In this document: positions 29,801 through 32,013 of the stretch, piece by piece
How positions within the stretch are numbered: the stretch's first letter is position 1
Layout: every line of letters begins with the position of its first letter
Assembly (NCBI GenBank): GCA_965372445.1
Contig: CBDVCJ010000003.1
Coordinates: 1-32,013 of the forward strand
Direction: 5' to 3'
DNA from: an uncultured Thermoplasmata archaeon
GTDB taxonomy: Archaea > Thermoplasmatota > Penumbrarchaeia > JAEHCK01 > CBDVCJ01
DNA length: 32,013 nucleotides
The notes under the pieces: model-generated
Told to the model about the DNA's origin: nothing
Seen by the model: only the letters and a program-made list of their open reading frames with translations
The model's database searches: none
Program-made: the position numbers and the translations under genes

Positions 29801-30816
29801 TAGAACTCAACTATTTTGGCAAAGTATTTGCAGGGCCGGATGAGATCTTTGATTTTGATACCTCAGATACAACATATCCCATTTCCACGAAATTAGAATA
29901 CGGTAAGAGCTATGATGTGAAGATCCGTGCTGAAAGTCTATTGGGCGCAAAGTCGCCAAATGCAACAATGACATTCGATGTGGTGAATAACCTGCCAACA
30001 GCGCCGCAAATAACGATCAAACCGTCAACACCGTATACCTCTAACTCATTAAGATGCGAAATCACCAATAACAGTGTTGATAACGATGGCGACCCAGTAG
30101 AATATATGTTTCAGTGGTATAAGAATGGTGTACTGCAGGAAGATTTTAACGACATTGCCAATATCCCGTCAGATAAGACCTCAAAAAATGACGTTTGGAT
30201 CTGTGAGGTTACACCGTTTGATGGTATTGAATATGGTATTGCTGCGGAGATCTCTGTGAAAGTGCTTAATAGCCGGCCCAAGATCATCATCAACTCACCT
30301 GAAAGCGGTTTCGAAGCGAAAACCTCGGACCCCATACTGTTCAGCGGCTCAGTAACAGATCTAGATAATGATGTGGTCGGTTTTGAGATCACCTCCAGTA
30401 TAGATGGCACGCTCAAATCAGAATCTGTACCGGGCGGCGGTGGGCTGTTCACCTTGAGCAAGAAATTATCGGCGGGCGAACACAATATAACGATATGGGC
30501 AACTGATGGCTATTCAAATGTCACAACCACATTTCAAGTGACGATCAAGAAAGTTTCAGAGGAAACCGAAGATACGACCGCATTAATAGCGGGTCTAATC
30601 ATTATAGTTATAATCATCATCATCATTGGAGTTTTACTTGTGTTAAGAAGACGCAGGCGTCGTGGCGAAGAGATCCCGCCCCCGATGGAGCCCTATCCCT
30701 CAGAAGAAGGCGAGGGCGGTGAAGACGATTCTTTCGATGAATACGGCGAATTCAAAAAGCAAGAAGATAAACCGCATGAAATTGGACCAGTACCGCCACC
30801 AGAGACACCCAAGTAA
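26815..30816 (+). CDS. Surface protein P6: Asp-box/BNR-like propeller with Ig/FN3-like stalk, TM and acidic Pro-rich tail
   Basis: AAGGTGAGG SD and signal-like N-terminus. Asp-box-like YSTDGVNW, SSSDGLTW, SSSDGTNW, STSNGNTW, each with [KE]LY[VT].W blade strands nearby. TM followed by RRRRRR. Catalytic function not established. Confidence 0.75.
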   Translation: MSKILANRSFAILIVFCLLISALAISSIINAYTLTEFKDGSTSLTATLPGPVSMEIQVPADANVTTAQLDVSTVQYGNKYPRNPELRITDISDPVVWAYKAVGYGDLGHQIYFNNSVATKEMEYRPSTIDRTTGIYLPKGATIKSARLNLTAIEYDYWEPGVIQLNPADWGNNPPSDMDPHLAVWDGKLICFYRSYNWDVTNQTDGDLVLNYSTDGVNWLPAPREISKHPDTEIPYLGGLRCGDYHPAAVVKGNDLWVTWASQSDYTNQIGFGNFAGITDGIDRDIVIRKINNLNNPTTPFTEITHPTLNAAEDTYSNNDDTFLLAKDDRRAQITEFTVDNKLYVTWIANNTGNETFTGNDLRIGDIMVSSSSDGLTWSPGINLCAGDPWYAVDYWTQIVEFKNKLYVMWVTNDTTKTNGTDWDIVYRSSSDGTNWGPYTELTPIDDGDWSDDDCQLVVYNGELYTIWRTRNDQIAQGPDFDIVMRSTSNGNTWGPISEVGYVWNGAFDNKPDPIVFDNELYVLWRTEMGGEGDFFVRSYHDGDWTEQQQLNPRKGNGDNFYITAAVFKNKLYAAWVTEDDELTEDDDYDVVIRSMTPSNLPLLVKLDIGADGGTYDYNSGLTTTTVTLDIKSKLQELVDNPPSSVYQFTDQYGNEMVNISLPLDITGPGKVKFNGLDIVYDATLTTRNFNDHVNEYLKNRQETAVDGQITVPMTISAQNDAKLKLSNLEVTYSIKPTITLLTPPAGNDEALNNQYFINWTDYDPDTDAMISLYYDDDKKNYDGVLIAKDISEDSSNDYYHWTWNASSMVKGNYYVYAIINDGSDTMRKYSTGYVFIDPKLRQPPSIGLTYPKYKDELAWKSYEIKWNDEDGDDNAKITLWYNTLPLGDDWLQIDTNGDDIIDTDDFIYEDPDGDSDSYTWDISGFPEGNKYIVRAEIDDGYHPVFPDDCPGNILITQIPEPINISIVGGNKISPDKYETHDLFPQLEWEKPDIPLELNYFGKVFAGPDEIFDFDTSDTTYPISTKLEYGKSYDVKIRAESLLGAKSPNATMTFDVVNNLPTAPQITIKPSTPYTSNSLRCEITNNSVDNDGDPVEYMFQWYKNGVLQEDFNDIANIPSDKTSKNDVWICEVTPFDGIEYGIAAEISVKVLNSRPKIIINSPESGFEAKTSDPILFSGSVTDLDNDVVGFEITSSIDGTLKSESVPGGGGLFTLSKKLSAGEHNITIWATDGYSNVTTTFQVTIKKVSEETEDTTALIAGLIIIVIIIIIIGVLLVLRRRRRRGEEIPPPMEPYPSEEGEGGEDDSFDEYGEFKKQEDKPHEIGPVPPPETPK

Positions 30817-30856
30817 TAATAATTATAATTCCAAGCACCGGATACTAACCATACCC

Positions 30857-30969
30857 TAAACTCAATGCTCAGAATAACTTATGAACTCAATAGTTTTCAT
30901 TCCAGCATTCGATCTAATAGTTACTTAGTTATTGAATTCTTATGTTGAGTGATAGTGTTGAGATCTTAG
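30857..30969. repeat. Degenerate intergenic inverted repeat
   Basis: CTCAATGCT...TGAACTCAATAG loosely pairs with TTATTGAATTCT...AGTGTTGAG, with many mismatches. Confidence 0.35.
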
Positions 30970-31040
30970 TCGATATTTCACCCTTATATAATAGAAAACC
31001 TTTTAAAAGAGCCTTTTAAATATATTGGCGGAGAATTTCA

Positions 31041-31862
31041 ATGGACGCAATGCTGCAGTCTTTTGCGGATAGTCATCCTTGTTACAGTTCGAATGCACAT
31101 TTCAAAATTGCACGGGTTCATTTACCGGTAGCCCCCAAATGTAATATCAGCTGCAATTATTGCGATCGGAGGATAAATGAATGTTACAATGGTACCCGCC
31201 CCGGCTGGACCGCGAAAATAGTATCGCCCCAAGCCGCATTGGAAAGTTTGGAGAGGACCATGGAGCTCTATCCCAACCTAGAAGTTGCAGGGGTGGCCGG
31301 ACCTGGCGAACCGTTATACAACCCCGATACATTTGCAACTTTGAAATTGATCGCGCGCGATTATCCGGAACTGAAGAAATGTGTATGTACGAACGGGTTA
31401 CTATTGCCCGCGAAGCTCCACCATTTAAAAGAGCTTGGTGTGGACTTTATTACCATAACGATCAATACGATCGCACCTGAGATCGGTGCAAAGATCAACA
31501 AATTTGTGGTATATGATGGAAAAAGACATTATGGCCTAAAAGCAGCTAAAATTTTGATCGCCAATCAACTCATAGGTCTAGAACTTGCACACCGTCTCGG
31601 GTTCTTGGTCAAAGTAAATACGGTACTAATACCAGAGCTTAATCTGGCTGGCATTAGAGCTCTAGCGGCGGCCCTCAAGTCCCGTGGTGCCCAGATTATG
31701 AACATCATGCCTTTAATACCAGCCGGCAGCTTCAAAGCATTACCCGCAGCAACCTGCGAGGATCTTAACCGTGCACGCGATATTTGTGAAGAGGTCATCC
31801 CTCAATTTCGGCAATGTAAACAATGTCGAGCGGATGCGTGTGGCGTGCCGGGGTTGGAATAA
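31041..31862 (+). CDS. nifB: NifB-like radical SAM protein (SAM domain only, no NifX domain)
   Basis: HPC, RVHLPVAPKCNISCNYC (Cx3Cx2C), RPG, AGPGEPL, TITIN and CKQCRADACG are the NifB fingerprint motifs. The usual ExRP reads GTRP here. GGAG SD upstream. Confidence 0.8.
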   Translation: MDAMLQSFADSHPCYSSNAHFKIARVHLPVAPKCNISCNYCDRRINECYNGTRPGWTAKIVSPQAALESLERTMELYPNLEVAGVAGPGEPLYNPDTFATLKLIARDYPELKKCVCTNGLLLPAKLHHLKELGVDFITITINTIAPEIGAKINKFVVYDGKRHYGLKAAKILIANQLIGLELAHRLGFLVKVNTVLIPELNLAGIRALAAALKSRGAQIMNIMPLIPAGSFKALPAATCEDLNRARDICEEVIPQFRQCKQCRADACGVPGLE

Positions 31863-31866
31863 TTAG

Positions 31867-32013
31867 TTTGTAGGATAATTACGCCATTAGGTAAGTGCGT
31901 GGGATATTAACGACTATGGTATGGTTCGTGGGACATATTGCCACTATGTTGATTTGTAGGATAATAACGCCATAAGTTAAGTGCGTGGGATATGGCGACA
32001 TTATGTTGGTTTG
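31867..32013. repeat. Degenerate head-to-tail 28-29 bp tandem array, truncated by the window end
   Basis: GT(A/G)GGA cores at 31870, 31899, 31928, 31956 and 31985 (spacing 29, 29, 28, 29). 31867-31907 and 31953-31993 match at 38/41. Confidence 0.85.

Noticed and set aside
26815-30816. Sialidase call for P6
   Set aside because: Asp-box-like repeats indicate the fold only. I found no (F/Y)RIP motif or identifiable catalytic set.
1271-30816. Archaeosortase (PGF-CTERM) or PEP-CTERM sorting signals
   Set aside because: No PGF/PEP/PEF motif precedes the TM helices, and most proteins have long tails after the TM.
625-31798. Many 60-160 aa alternative-frame and antisense ORFs in the ORF track
   Set aside because: They lie mostly or wholly within long, motif-supported CDSs and have no recognisable features, so I treat them as shadow ORFs.
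31041-31862. Evidence of nitrogen fixation
   Set aside because: A nifB-like gene alone is insufficient, and no structural nitrogenase genes are visible.
31867-32013. CRISPR array
   Set aside because: Units are head-to-tail and degenerate, with no unique 30-40 nt spacers and no cas genes in the window.

Overview
Probably archaeal DNA (TATA/BRE-like AT-rich intergenics, GGTGA/GGAGG Shine-Dalgarno motifs; gene style suggests an uncultured Thermoplasmata lineage, by inference). About 25 of the 32 kb encode seven large secreted proteins with a C-terminal membrane anchor. Six of them form a tandem + strand array (9095-30816) built from mixed modules. Heads: PQQ/BamB-like propellers, an FG-GAP propeller and an Asp-box propeller. 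Stalks: Big_5-like, cadherin-like and TSP3-like domains. Three neighbouring genes share a colinear stalk under two unrelated head types. The seventh is a TIGR03790-family protein with an inserted CBM-like domain. Other genes: a NapH/MauN-type 4Fe-4S membrane protein, a TPR protein with multiple CxxC repeats, a DUF116 protein, a membrane hypothetical and an orphan NifB-like radical SAM enzyme. The intergenic spaces hold a recurring family of periodic inverted repeats and 7-mer tandem repeats. The window ends inside a 28-29 bp tandem array that loosely resembles Xer/dif sites. No rRNA, tRNA, CRISPR or transposase was seen. All family assignments come from recognising motifs by eye, not from searches.
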